A stretch of 53,581 bases of DNA from Pseudomonadota bacterium. GTDB taxonomy: Bacteria; Bdellovibrionota; FAC87; UBA2466. This document shows positions 1-8,566 of this stretch, piece by piece. Numbering within the stretch: position 1 is the stretch's first letter; every line of letters begins with the position of its first letter. The stretch lies in contig JAYUGC010000157.1 of assembly GCA_043767805.1 (NCBI GenBank), forward strand, positions 1 through 53,581. The letters are read 5' to 3'. The position numbers were made by a program, and so were the translations under genes. The notes beneath the pieces were generated by a model. It was not told the origin of the DNA and did no database searches. It was given only the letters and a program-made list of their open reading frames with translations.

Positions 1-871
1 ACAGCTCACTCCTCTTCTTGAAACTTAACTCTTTCTGATCCGTTTCCTTGGCTCCAAAGGCCTCTAGAAGTAGAGCTCTGTGGAGCTCGCGACTTCGAAT
101 TTCCTCTAAGTCAGCCTCGTTTGTCTTGGAAACGGGTGGCGCTTCGGCTCGGCTGGACCGGAACGGAGTGCCTTTATAGCGGTCAACTAACGTCCCACCA
201 CCACTGGTTAAAAGAAGGTTCTGGGTCGAGCCCTGCACCTGCGAAGCTCTCTGGAAGTTTTGGCTAGGATCGTCTACCCAGACACTCAGACTAGGATTCG
301 CGTTGCGTTGAGTTGCGAAATCTAGATTGAGCAGAACCGGTTCCCGCGTCCTTCCTTTTGGAAAAAGTAATTCTCTGACTCGGATCATATTGCTATCCAC
401 CGGGAAGGATTCGAAGTCCTCATACCGAATGGGAAACGACACTTTCCGATTTTGTAACCCGTTTTGTTTTCTTACCAAGGGGTGAGCGGGTTCGAATTTT
501 GGGGGATTTGATAAGTGCCAGAGCATCCCCTGTCCCCATGGAGTGCCCTGGAAGGAATCTGCAGTGCTTATCAGGATCTTAAATGGGCCTGGCTTGGTAA
601 AATCGGTCGTCGCGATCTCCAGGGTATCGAGTTTCGAGCTTCCGATTGGAATCCGAAAAATTCTTAATCCCAGATTATCTTGATGGGCATAACCCCCCGC
701 GAAGTTAGCGCGAAATTGCTGATAATCTTGTACCGACGATAGGCCCGCTGATTGAATAAAGGCTTTTTGGTTCCTTTCGTAGTCCGACTGATCCTCAGCG
801 CTTAGCCTGTCGGGGATCAGCATGCTCAGGCCAACCGCTAACAACCAAAAAAGGTAGAATCGGCCTTGCAT
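1..871 (-). CDS. Secreted hypothetical protein, 3'-partial (runs off the window; absent from the ORF track)
   Basis: AGGAG RBS, then ATG at 871. The frame stays open for 290 codons to base 1: MQGRFYLFWLLAVGLSMLIPDRLSAEDQSDY..., with a Sec-like signal peptide. Confidence 0.75.
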   Translation of the reverse strand, partial: MQGRFYLFWLLAVGLSMLIPDRLSAEDQSDYERNQKAFIQSAGLSSVQDYQQFRANFAGGYAHQDNLGLRIFRIPIGSSKLDTLEIATTDFTKPGPFKILISTADSFQGTPWGQGMLWHLSNPPKFEPAHPLVRKQNGLQNRKVSFPIRYEDFESFPVDSNMIRVRELLFPKGRTREPVLLNLDFATQRNANPSLSVWVDDPSQNFQRASQVQGSTQNLLLTSGGGTLVDRYKGTPFRSSRAEAPPVSKTNEADLEEIRSRELHRALLLEAFGAKETDQKELSFKKRSEL

Positions 872-1071
872 ATCGTCCGTCTCCTAAAGAAGTACCGAGC
901 TTCATGTGGTGAATCCGATGTCCACCGATCTGCCCCATTTTTTCACCAAGTACGTTCACGTTTTAAAGCAAGAACACGGCCAGTCTTCACAGCGGGGATT
1001 CGGTTTGATTCCCGAGCCTTTAGACGCTGGGTTGTGAATACGGCGTCCGAATTTCTGTAGAAGAAGGGGGA

Positions 1072-1296
1072 TTGGTTAAGGTGTGGTTGGCAGGTTTTAC
1101 TATCGTTGCGCTGTTACTTACGGCGTGCGGAAAAAACGAGCCGACTATTCCGGCTGGGTACTATCCCCCGAACTATCAGGCTCCCATGCCTGCCCAATTC
1201 TTAGTAACTGCCCCCCCGCCGTTCCGGGGTTTTGGACCCACCCTGAGAGCGACAGAAGCGGGATTCCTTCGCTTGGATCAGGACGCCTGCCATTGA
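1072..1296 (+). CDS. Small putative lipoprotein (possibly truncated)
   Basis: AAGGGG RBS and TTG start. A hydrophobic stretch with lipobox LLTA-C precedes a Pro-rich mature part. Confidence 0.5.
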   Translation: MVKVWLAGFTIVALLLTACGKNEPTIPAGYYPPNYQAPMPAQFLVTAPPPFRGFGPTLRATEAGFLRLDQDACH

Positions 1297-1355
1297 CAGC
1301 ATTGTAGTCGAAACTCGTTAAAAGACCCGGTAAAATGCTTCTTAGAGGAGAATCT

Positions 1356-2420
1356 TTGACCAAACCCAAACTTATTTCGATCTGGCTTTGGGTGCCATTT
1401 TTTTTCCTGGCAACTTCTCACCTCATCGCGGAAAAACACAACAGCGCATGGGACCAGCGGGCCTGCCTCCACCTCTTCTACTTGATCTCCAGTCGAGAAA
1501 ACCCCGCCATTTCCTACTTGGTCGAAAAAAAGATTCCAGTTGATATGCTTGCGACACTTCTTGGAAGTACTAAAAGAGGCGGCCGGCTGAAGCCGGAACT
1601 GATTCAGCGATATGCCAAGGCGTTGCAGGATAACATATCCAAATCAATTTCGGCGAGGTTCGCGGCTTTGGGCGGAGTTGGTGTTCCACAATCAGAAGAG
1701 ATAACTTTCCAAGTCAAAGATCATGGGTGGGTCTGGATAGACCTCGAGGTCGGCGGCCACCACGATGCGATCTCTCTTCCGCTCAATTCTTTTTTTCTGA
1801 ATGAAGGGCTGGCTGACATAGGTTTTTTTTCCCGTCCAATTCCCAACAATTCTCATGCCTTTCAAAAATCGGTCGCGCAGATTTTAGGAGAAACCAACTT
1901 CGACACATCCCTTCTCCCTGCCCTTCTTGCCGGTTTCGGATGGAAGGAAACCACTGAAAGCCCCACTTTTTTGAAACTCCCTGGGTTAACATTGACAGCA
2001 GCGAATCCCAAAGACACTGAGGTAATTTACCGTGGACTCCGGGTCGATCGCTCAAAGGCCGCCGAAATATTTCAACGAGGTGAGGTGAGGGCTTTGCCCA
2101 CCGATAAAGTTGAAATCGAGAGGTTCCTAAAAATGGATCTCAAGGGCCGGGAAAAATGGGTTCGTAAAGAGTTAGTGGACAGGATCGCCGGGATGTATAA
2201 CGGAGTGTCTCTCCTTATGGGGGGAACCCTCGATTCAACGGTCGCCAGAACATTTGGTAGCTATGTCTTTGAGATTCACGTTCCCAAAGAGTGTCGGATT
2301 CCCGTGAGACCAGCTGGTGACGGAGAAATGGAGGTGTTTATCCCATTCGGAATCGCCCCCGAGTGGATCAAAAAGGTCGTTGATTCGCGTACCGGCAACG
2401 TTATCTTCGAGCGTCCTTAA
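1356..2420 (+). CDS. Secreted protein with C-terminal ADP-ribosyltransferase-like (R-S-E clade) domain
   Basis: AGGAG then TTG at 1356; signal-like N-terminus. The C-terminus has VIYRG, then GGTLDSTVARTF-GSYVFEI, then EMEVFIPFGIAPEWI, matching the YRG / STS...A..F / ExEV..PGGI pattern of cholera-, pierisin- and scabin-type ARTs. Confidence 0.6.
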   Translation: MTKPKLISIWLWVPFFFLATSHLIAEKHNSAWDQRACLHLFYLISSRENPAISYLVEKKIPVDMLATLLGSTKRGGRLKPELIQRYAKALQDNISKSISARFAALGGVGVPQSEEITFQVKDHGWVWIDLEVGGHHDAISLPLNSFFLNEGLADIGFFSRPIPNNSHAFQKSVAQILGETNFDTSLLPALLAGFGWKETTESPTFLKLPGLTLTAANPKDTEVIYRGLRVDRSKAAEIFQRGEVRALPTDKVEIERFLKMDLKGREKWVRKELVDRIAGMYNGVSLLMGGTLDSTVARTFGSYVFEIHVPKECRIPVRPAGDGEMEVFIPFGIAPEWIKKVVDSRTGNVIFERP

Positions 2421-2579
2421 CCGGGGAATGGAGATTTTGTTTTACAACAGTCGCCTCTGGGATCTGCTTGGAAGCGACTTATCGACTCAACATTGGGATC
2501 CCTAGCCTAATTGAATTCGCCCTGGCGGGCCCCCATTTCCTCTCCTGCACCACGCTTGGCCCCGATCAGAATTTCATCG

Positions 2580-2693
2580 GCGGATTACACCCAAGTCGCG
2601 CAAGCGAAATGGGCCGAGCACCTTGAGACTGGTCGCAAATGGTCGCAAACCGAGAAAGAGAAGATCGATTCGAAAGTAAGTTCGGTAAGTTAA
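2580..2693 (+). pseudogene. Possible C-terminal remnant of a tyrosine integrase abutting the tRNA 3' end
   Basis: Frame reads ADYTQVAQAKWAEHLE..., like the catalytic-Tyr 'YTHV' tail, and ends 11 nt from the tRNA-Pro 3' end. No upstream integrase body is present. Confidence 0.3.
2630..2649. repeat. Tandem 10-bp direct repeat TGGTCGCAAA x2 (possible integrase arm-type site)
   Basis: Exact repeat at 2630-2639 and 2640-2649. GTAAGTT also occurs twice, at 2676-2682 and 2685-2691. Confidence 0.5.
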
Positions 2694-2703
2694 AAACAGA
2701 AAA

Positions 2704-2777
2704 TCGGGGCGGCAGGAATTGAACCTGCGACCTCTTGCACCCCAAGCAAGCGCGCTAAACCCCTGCGCTACGCCCCG
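2704..2777 (-). tRNA. tRNA-Pro (GGG), CCA not encoded
   Basis: Acceptor stem CGGGGCG/CGCCCCG+A; anticodon arm CTTGC-TTGGGGT-GCAAG; T-arm GCAGG-TTCAATT-CCTGC. It sits in the typical position after pheT-(ihfA)-merR. Confidence 0.95.
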
Positions 2778-2833
2778 ACTATAGAAGGCCCCGAGACTAC
2801 TTGATGCAGTGCTTTTAGACAACCCCTGAGGGC

Positions 2834-3394
2834 TCAATAAACGTGGGCGTTTCGAGCCATTTGGATGAGGTCTTTGAGCTCCCGGGCCACGTATTTCAGC
2901 GTTTGGGCCTGGAGGGAACTGGGAAGGGTGGGTGACTTGCCCTGCTTCTGCTCCTTCAGCTTCTTTTTCGCCCCGCCCACGCTGTACTTTTCGACGTACA
3001 AAAAGTGGCGGATGAGATGGAAAGCCTCGACGTCCTGCCGGGAATAAACCCAGTGCCCGTTGCTCGATTTCTTGGGCCGGACGGTAGAAAACTCGCTTTG
3101 CCAGTAGCGCAAAACATGGGTTTCGACCCCGATGATTTTAGCGACCTCATTTACCCGGAAATACTTCTGCGAGGCGGGCAAATCGAGCCCCAGCATTTCG
3201 GCCGGAGGAGGAGCGGTCTCCACGGGAGCCTCGGTGCCGCATTGGTCGCTCGCCAAAAGCTCGAGCTGCTCTTGAAGGGGCGGTACCTCTTTGGCGACTT
3301 CCTGGAATAACTTCTTCTTCAAGCCATCCAAGATGTACTTGTGGGAGAGCTTTTCTCGGTCGCTCGGAAGCACTACGTCTTTGGGGTCACTCAT
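2834..3394 (-). CDS. MerR-family HTH transcriptional regulator with N-terminal extension
   Basis: YFRVNEVAKIIGVETHVLRYWQSEF...YSRQDV motif; GGGAGG RBS before ATG 3394; conserved pheT-merR-tRNA-Pro context. Confidence 0.9.
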   Translation of the reverse strand: MSDPKDVVLPSDREKLSHKYILDGLKKKLFQEVAKEVPPLQEQLELLASDQCGTEAPVETAPPPAEMLGLDLPASQKYFRVNEVAKIIGVETHVLRYWQSEFSTVRPKKSSNGHWVYSRQDVEAFHLIRHFLYVEKYSVGGAKKKLKEQKQGKSPTLPSSLQAQTLKYVARELKDLIQMARNAHVY

Positions 3395-3487
3395 GGGGAA
3401 AACCTCCCGTGAAAAGAAGAGATCGGCTAAAGCCCCTAAATTATAGTGTTTTGAAAGCCAAACGCCAACCGGGTGCGTTACACGCCG

Positions 3488-3527
3488 CATTCAGTACCCA
3501 TTCAGTACCCATTCAGTACCCATTCAG
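3488..3527. repeat. 11-bp tandem repeat (CATTCAGTACC)x3.6
   Basis: Exact copies at 3488, 3499 and 3510, plus a partial copy at 3521. Confidence 0.95.
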
Positions 3528-3791
3528 ATCGCAATTCATTTCGAGACTGGCGGCGGCTCTTTTGCTCTGCTCGATGAGCTCCTGAACTTCTTTCCGGGAA
3601 ACATTCGCCAGACGGCAGCTCGGCCTCTACGGCTTCCAGAAGCTTCTTGATGCGCTTGATATCGTCGAGATTGTTTTGGGGTGAGTTCGCCGATTCCCAT
3701 AAGGACTCGCGGACCGACGAGCCCCGTCTTGCGAGACGGCAGTCGTGGAAAGAGCAAACAAACAGAATGCGGCGGTTTTCAGGTATTTCAA
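3513..3791 (-). pseudogene. Frameshifted remnant of a small secreted-protein gene in the slot usually held by ihfA
   Basis: GGGGGA RBS + TTG gives MKYLKTAAFCLFALSTTAVSQD (signal-like), stopping at 3627. Protein-like helical segments continue in other frames (NNLDDIKRIKKLLEAVEAEL; EVQELIEQSKRAAASLEM). Confidence 0.4.
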
Positions 3792-3871
3792 TCAATCCCC
3801 CAAAAATAAATAGGTTCAGAATGATTGTGCGCGAGGCTGAGCTCCGCTCGGAGTAACTTAAGTCGGGAGAT

Positions 3872-6310
3872 TCAAGTCCGGATCTGAGCGCCGTGTTTCT
3901 CGGCGACCGCGGTCAGCACTTTTTGCTTCAGCTCGATGATCTCGTCGTCTTTGAGTGTCCGCTCGTGCGACATGAAGCTCAGGTGGAACGCGAGGCTCTT
4001 TTTCCCTTCGGGAAGGTTCGCTCCCTCGTACACGTCGAAGATGGACGCGTCCGCGAGCAGCGCACCGGCGGTGTGCTTGATGGAATCGATGACCGCTCCG
4101 CCCATGACGTTCTTGTCCATGACGAGAGCGACATCGAGCTCCACGGCCGGGAACTTCGAAGGCACCTTGTAACGGATTACGCCCCGCTCGTACTTTTTCA
4201 AAGCGTCGAGGTCGAGCTCGAAAAGCACGATGGGCTCATCAGATCCTACGAGAGATTGGCGCAGAAAGGGGTGGAGCTCCCCGACCCGGCCTACTTCTTT
4301 CAATCCCAGTTTCACGATCGCTGAGCGATTGGGGTGGAACATGGGATTGTTGGTCAACGGCTCAAAGGCTAAGAAGACCGTGGTCATTTTCCTGACCAGG
4401 GTCTCGACCACGCCTTTGGCGTGATAAAAAGTGACCGGCTCGGGCTCGTTGTTCCAAGCGGGAACCGTGATGCCGGAAGCAAGGACTCCGGCGAGGTATG
4501 GAATTTCGCGCACACCCGTTTCGGACTTCTCGTCTTTGTTGTAAACGCGGGCAAGCTCGAAAATCTTCTGCGCGAGAATCTTGCGGTTCCGGTTGTAGAG
4601 ATAGGTCTCTAATAAGGAGGGTAAGAGGCTCAAGCGCATGAGCTTCATGTCTTCCGAAATCGGGTTCTTCAGCTCGATGGCGTCTTCGACCGGCAAGCCG
4701 TAGCGCTTGAAGATCTCAGCCGACGTAAAGCTGTAGTGGATGGTCTCGCGGAAGCCGAGATCCTGCATGATGTTCTTCGAGCGCAGCTCGAAGTCCAAGT
4801 AGCTTTCCGAAATCTGATCGTAGGCAGCTGGCGAAGCCGGGAACTTGAGCGGAATGGAGTCGTAGCCATTCAAGCGCGCCACTTCCTCGACGATATCGAT
4901 GCTGTCGTTCAGATCGCGCCGGTAGCCCGGGATGCGGATCTGAAGGATGTTGAGGCTGCGCTTATGAGACGCAATGCCGATGGTATCGAGCAAATCCGCC
5001 GCATGATCCAAGGACAACTCGGGCAACCCGATGACCCGGCGAATCTCGCGCATGTCGACGGCGAGCACGTTCTCTTTCGGAACTTCCGGCGCCGTATCGA
5101 TGGGCGGATGATAAACCTCGGCGTTAAAGCCGTCGCGTAGCAGCGAAGCCGCGCGCTCGCTGGCAATCATTACGGTCGCGAGATCCACGCCTTTTTCGAA
5201 ACGCTTCGACGAGTCCGTATGAAGCCCCAAGCGCTTCGCCGTCCGACGGATCTGCGCGGGGTTGAAGGTCGCCGTTTCGAGCACGATGGCCGTGGTGTCT
5301 GCCTCGATCTGGGAATTGGCGCCTCCCATGATTCCCGCAAGGGCCACGGGAGTGTCGCCGTCCATGATCAGGATGTCGCCTTCTTCCAGCCGCACCGTCG
5401 CGCCGCTGAGAAGGGTGAAATCCTGAGGCGTCTTGCACGGGCCGATGTTGAGCGTTCCCGACTTGATCCGCCGGAGATCGAACGCATGCATCGGCTGGCC
5501 GTACTCGAGCATCACGAAGTTCGTGATATCGACGATGTTATTGATAGGACGGATCCCGACCGACTGCAGTCGGGTCTGGATCCAGTCCGGGCTCTCGGCC
5601 ACTTTTAATTGGTCGAGCACGCGTGCCACGTATCTCGGGCAGGCGATCGCATCGGTCACTTCCACTTTAATGATGGAAGAGGTCCGGTGCGGCGATATAC
5701 GAAAGCGTGCCGGCTTGGGGTCGCGGATCTTCGTCTTGAGGAGCGGCGCGATTTCCCGCGCCAGCCCCATAACGCTCAAGCAGTCGCCCCGGTTAGGGGT
5801 GAGCTCGAACTCCATGACGGTGTCTTCTTGACCCGCTCCCAGAAGCCTAGCCACCAGTTCGCCAAGCTTTGCGTGCTTGGGGAGCTGGAGTATGCCTTCA
5901 CTTTCGTCCGAGACGCCGAGCTCTTTCCCCGAGCAAATCATGCCGTGGGACTCGACGCCGCGGATGGCGGAAACTTTAATGGCGAAATCGCCGGGAAGAA
6001 TCGCGCCGGGGCAAGCCACCGGTACAATATCGCCCACCGCGATGTTCTTTGCCCCGCAGACGATTTGTTTGGTCTCTGCGTCGGGCTTATCCGAAAAAAC
6101 AACTTGAGTGACCTGGAGACGATCCGCGTTGGGATGAGGATCGATCTTTACGATTTTACCGACGAGAACGTCGTTCAAACCGCCGGCGACTTTCTTGATC
6201 CCCGCCACCGCGAGACCGCGCATGGTGAGCTTATCGGCCAGCTCTTCGGGGACTATCTTTACGTCGGGCTTCTGGAGGTAATCTCTCAACCAGTTCAGTG
6301 AAAGGAACAT
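3872..6310 (-). CDS. pheT: Phenylalanine--tRNA ligase beta subunit
   Basis: HPNADRL, IVCGAKN, TPNRGDCLS, NNIVDITN, GQPMHAFD and SKRFEKG motifs, plus the C-terminal anticodon-binding domain. Confidence 0.99.
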   Translation of the reverse strand: MFLSLNWLRDYLQKPDVKIVPEELADKLTMRGLAVAGIKKVAGGLNDVLVGKIVKIDPHPNADRLQVTQVVFSDKPDAETKQIVCGAKNIAVGDIVPVACPGAILPGDFAIKVSAIRGVESHGMICSGKELGVSDESEGILQLPKHAKLGELVARLLGAGQEDTVMEFELTPNRGDCLSVMGLAREIAPLLKTKIRDPKPARFRISPHRTSSIIKVEVTDAIACPRYVARVLDQLKVAESPDWIQTRLQSVGIRPINNIVDITNFVMLEYGQPMHAFDLRRIKSGTLNIGPCKTPQDFTLLSGATVRLEEGDILIMDGDTPVALAGIMGGANSQIEADTTAIVLETATFNPAQIRRTAKRLGLHTDSSKRFEKGVDLATVMIASERAASLLRDGFNAEVYHPPIDTAPEVPKENVLAVDMREIRRVIGLPELSLDHAADLLDTIGIASHKRSLNILQIRIPGYRRDLNDSIDIVEEVARLNGYDSIPLKFPASPAAYDQISESYLDFELRSKNIMQDLGFRETIHYSFTSAEIFKRYGLPVEDAIELKNPISEDMKLMRLSLLPSLLETYLYNRNRKILAQKIFELARVYNKDEKSETGVREIPYLAGVLASGITVPAWNNEPEPVTFYHAKGVVETLVRKMTTVFLAFEPLTNNPMFHPNRSAIVKLGLKEVGRVGELHPFLRQSLVGSDEPIVLFELDLDALKKYERGVIRYKVPSKFPAVELDVALVMDKNVMGGAVIDSIKHTAGALLADASIFDVYEGANLPEGKKSLAFHLSFMSHERTLKDDEIIELKQKVLTAVAEKHGAQIRT

Positions 6311-7332
6311 TAGAACTGCTCCAGCATCCGGTGATCGTTCTCGAAGAACGACCGAAGGTCATCGATTCCGTACTTGAGCATGGCGATACGCTCGACCCCG
6401 AACCCGAAGGCGAAGCCCGAATATCTTTCCATCTCGTACCCGACCGCCTTGAAGACGTTCGGGTGGATCATCCCGCAGCCACCAATCTCGAGCCAGCCGG
6501 TCTCTTTACAGGTCCGGCAACCGCGCCCGCGGCAATGGATGCATTGCATGTCCACCTCGGCGCCCGGCTCGACGAACGGGAAAAAACTAGGACGAAAACG
6601 TAGGGGGCGGCTACCAAACAGCGACTTCACCCAATAGTGAAGGACGCCCTTCAACTCCGCCATGGTCACATGATCGTCGACCATCACGCCCTCGATTTGA
6701 TGAAACATCGGGGTGTGGGTTTGGTCGTAATCGGACCGGTACACGCGGCCGTAGCTAATAAATTGCAGCGGCGGCTTACGATTCTGCATGGTCCGGATCT
6801 GCATGGGCGACGTGTGCGACCGAAGCAGAGTGGGGACGTTACGCAGATAAAAGGTATCTTGAAGATCTCTCGCCGGATGATCGGCCGGCGTATTCAAGGC
6901 TTCGAAGTTATAAAATTCCGTTTCGATCTCAGGGCCCGAGACCACCGAGAAGCCCACGCGCTTTAAACAGAGAACGGATTCTTCGATGATCTTCGTCACC
7001 GGGTGAATCGATCCGAGGTTCAAGGCGTATTGGCCGGGAAGAGTAAGATCCAAAGGAGCGGCTGAAGTGAGCTCTTTCTCGATTCTCAAGCGGGCGAGAA
7101 TCGAGTGGCGCGATTCGAGCGCCGATTCGAACTCCACTTTGATCTTATTGAGCTCGGCGCCCATTTCCCGACGTTTTTCGGGAGCCAGCTCTTTAAGCTG
7201 ATGGAGCAGACCAGTGATGAGGCCCTTTTTCCCCAGATAGTGGACGCGCAAGCGATCCAGCTCTTGGATATCAGGGGCAGAAGAAATTTTAGTCTCCGCC
7301 TCGTCGCGGATTCGTTGAATGTGATCGATCAT
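6310..7332 (-). CDS. pheS: Phenylalanine--tRNA ligase alpha subunit
   Basis: HPARDLQDTFY, LRSHTSPMQIR, HTPMFHQIEG and FAFGFGVERIAM motifs. Confidence 0.99.
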   Translation of the reverse strand: MIDHIQRIRDEAETKISSAPDIQELDRLRVHYLGKKGLITGLLHQLKELAPEKRREMGAELNKIKVEFESALESRHSILARLRIEKELTSAAPLDLTLPGQYALNLGSIHPVTKIIEESVLCLKRVGFSVVSGPEIETEFYNFEALNTPADHPARDLQDTFYLRNVPTLLRSHTSPMQIRTMQNRKPPLQFISYGRVYRSDYDQTHTPMFHQIEGVMVDDHVTMAELKGVLHYWVKSLFGSRPLRFRPSFFPFVEPGAEVDMQCIHCRGRGCRTCKETGWLEIGGCGMIHPNVFKAVGYEMERYSGFAFGFGVERIAMLKYGIDDLRSFFENDHRMLEQF

Positions 7333-7688
7333 GCAGCTTGGGGCTGCCGAGCAAGCTCCACAAGCTGAGTGAAATGGACGGGATTAGTAACGGCGAGGTC
7401 TGCTAGGATCTTGCGATCCAGCTCCACGTTGGCGTTTTTCAATCCGGCAATAAACTTGGAATAACTCAGGTTGTTAAGTCTGCAGGCAGCGTTAATTCTC
7501 ATCTGCCAGAGTGAACGAAACTCGCGCTTACGCGCAGCCCGATCCCGGTACGCATACATCAAGCCGCGCTCGGTATAACGAGCGGCTACTTTGGCTAGCT
7601 TGCTAGCACTGCCGTAATAACCTTCGGCTCTATCAAGAATCTTTTTACGTTTGTTACGTCCCGCGGGACCGCGTTTAACTCTGGGCAT
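7329..7688 (-). CDS. rplT: 50S ribosomal protein L20
   Basis: MPRVKRG...YAYRDR...FRSLW..RINAA...LDRKILADLA. Confidence 0.99.
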   Translation of the reverse strand: MPRVKRGPAGRNKRKKILDRAEGYYGSASKLAKVAARYTERGLMYAYRDRAARKREFRSLWQMRINAACRLNNLSYSKFIAGLKNANVELDRKILADLAVTNPVHFTQLVELARQPQAA

Positions 7689-7727
7689 AGTAAATCCTAC
7701 AACTACTAAATACTAAGGAACGAAAAC

Positions 7728-7925
7728 TTACAGAACCAACATGCGACGGACATTGTCCATGTCGGCCTCGTGCACTAGCACGGCTTTCCGAAGACGAGCT
7801 CCCTGCTTAGCCGATTTATGTTCGAGGATATGGTTATGATAAGCCTTGGCCCGTTTGGCGTGACCGCTGGCGGTCATCTTAAAACGCTTTTTTGCGGCCG
7901 ACTTCGTCTTCTGCTTCAACTTCAT
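7728..7925 (-). CDS. rpmI: 50S ribosomal protein L35
   Basis: KTKSAAKKRFKMTASG...HILEHKS; lies between infC and rplT. Confidence 0.98.
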   Translation of the reverse strand: MKLKQKTKSAAKKRFKMTASGHAKRAKAYHNHILEHKSAKQGARLRKAVLVHEADMDNVRRMLVL

Positions 7926-7951
7926 GACCAACTAACCCCTAGAAATCTCGA

Positions 7952-8566
7952 CTATTTTGGAGCCGGAGCTTGCCCCGCGCCCGTAGCGGGAGCGGGAGCG
8001 GAAGCTTCGGGTGCTTTCTCGGCCTTTTTAGGCTTCGGAGCACCCTTGGCAGGAACCACGACTAACGCCATGATTTTGCCCTCCATCTTTGGAGATTGCT
8101 CTACCATACCCGAAGGTCCTACCAAGTCAATAATCTGCTTGAGCAATGCGTAACCCAGATCGGCGTGCGACGCCTCGCGTCCGCGGAAGCGAACGAAGAC
8201 CCGAACCTTGTGTCCTTCGCCCAGGAAGCGCTGGATATGCTTCACTTTAAAGTCGATGTCATGCTCGTCCGTTTGAGGCCGGAACTGCACTTCTTTCGTC
8301 AGGCTGACCACCTGATTTTTCTTGGCGTGCTGCGCCTTTTTCTTGGCTTCGTACTTAAACTTTCCGAAGTCCAGAATCTTGCAAACCGGAGGGTTTGCGG
8401 TCGGAGAGATCTCGACCAGGTCCAAACTTTCCCGGCGGGCTAATTCCAACGCCTTGGAGGTCTCGACGATGCCGAGCTGAGAGCCGTCCGACGCAATGAG
8501 TCTAACTTCTCTGACGCGAATTCGATGATTTAGCCGGGGTCCTTGATCCTTGGGTTTAATGGTCAT
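7952..8566 (-). CDS. infC: Translation initiation factor IF-3 (true start may be ATT at 8560)
   Basis: IRVREVRLI...LDLVEISP...PPVCKILDFGKFKYE...FRGRE. Confidence 0.99.
   Translation of the reverse strand: MTIKPKDQGPRLNHRIRVREVRLIASDGSQLGIVETSKALELARRESLDLVEISPTANPPVCKILDFGKFKYEAKKKAQHAKKNQVVSLTKEVQFRPQTDEHDIDFKVKHIQRFLGEGHKVRVFVRFRGREASHADLGYALLKQIIDLVGPSGMVEQSPKMEGKIMALVVVPAKGAPKPKKAEKAPEASAPAPATGAGQAPAPK

Noticed and set aside
3488..3527. Possible CRISPR array
   Set aside because: Units are 11 bp and directly tandem with no spacers, and there are no cas genes.
3530..3870. 6S RNA or other ncRNA between pheT and merR
   Set aside because: No long rod-like complementarity was seen, and the zapA/ygfA context is absent. 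Coding-remnant features explain the region better.
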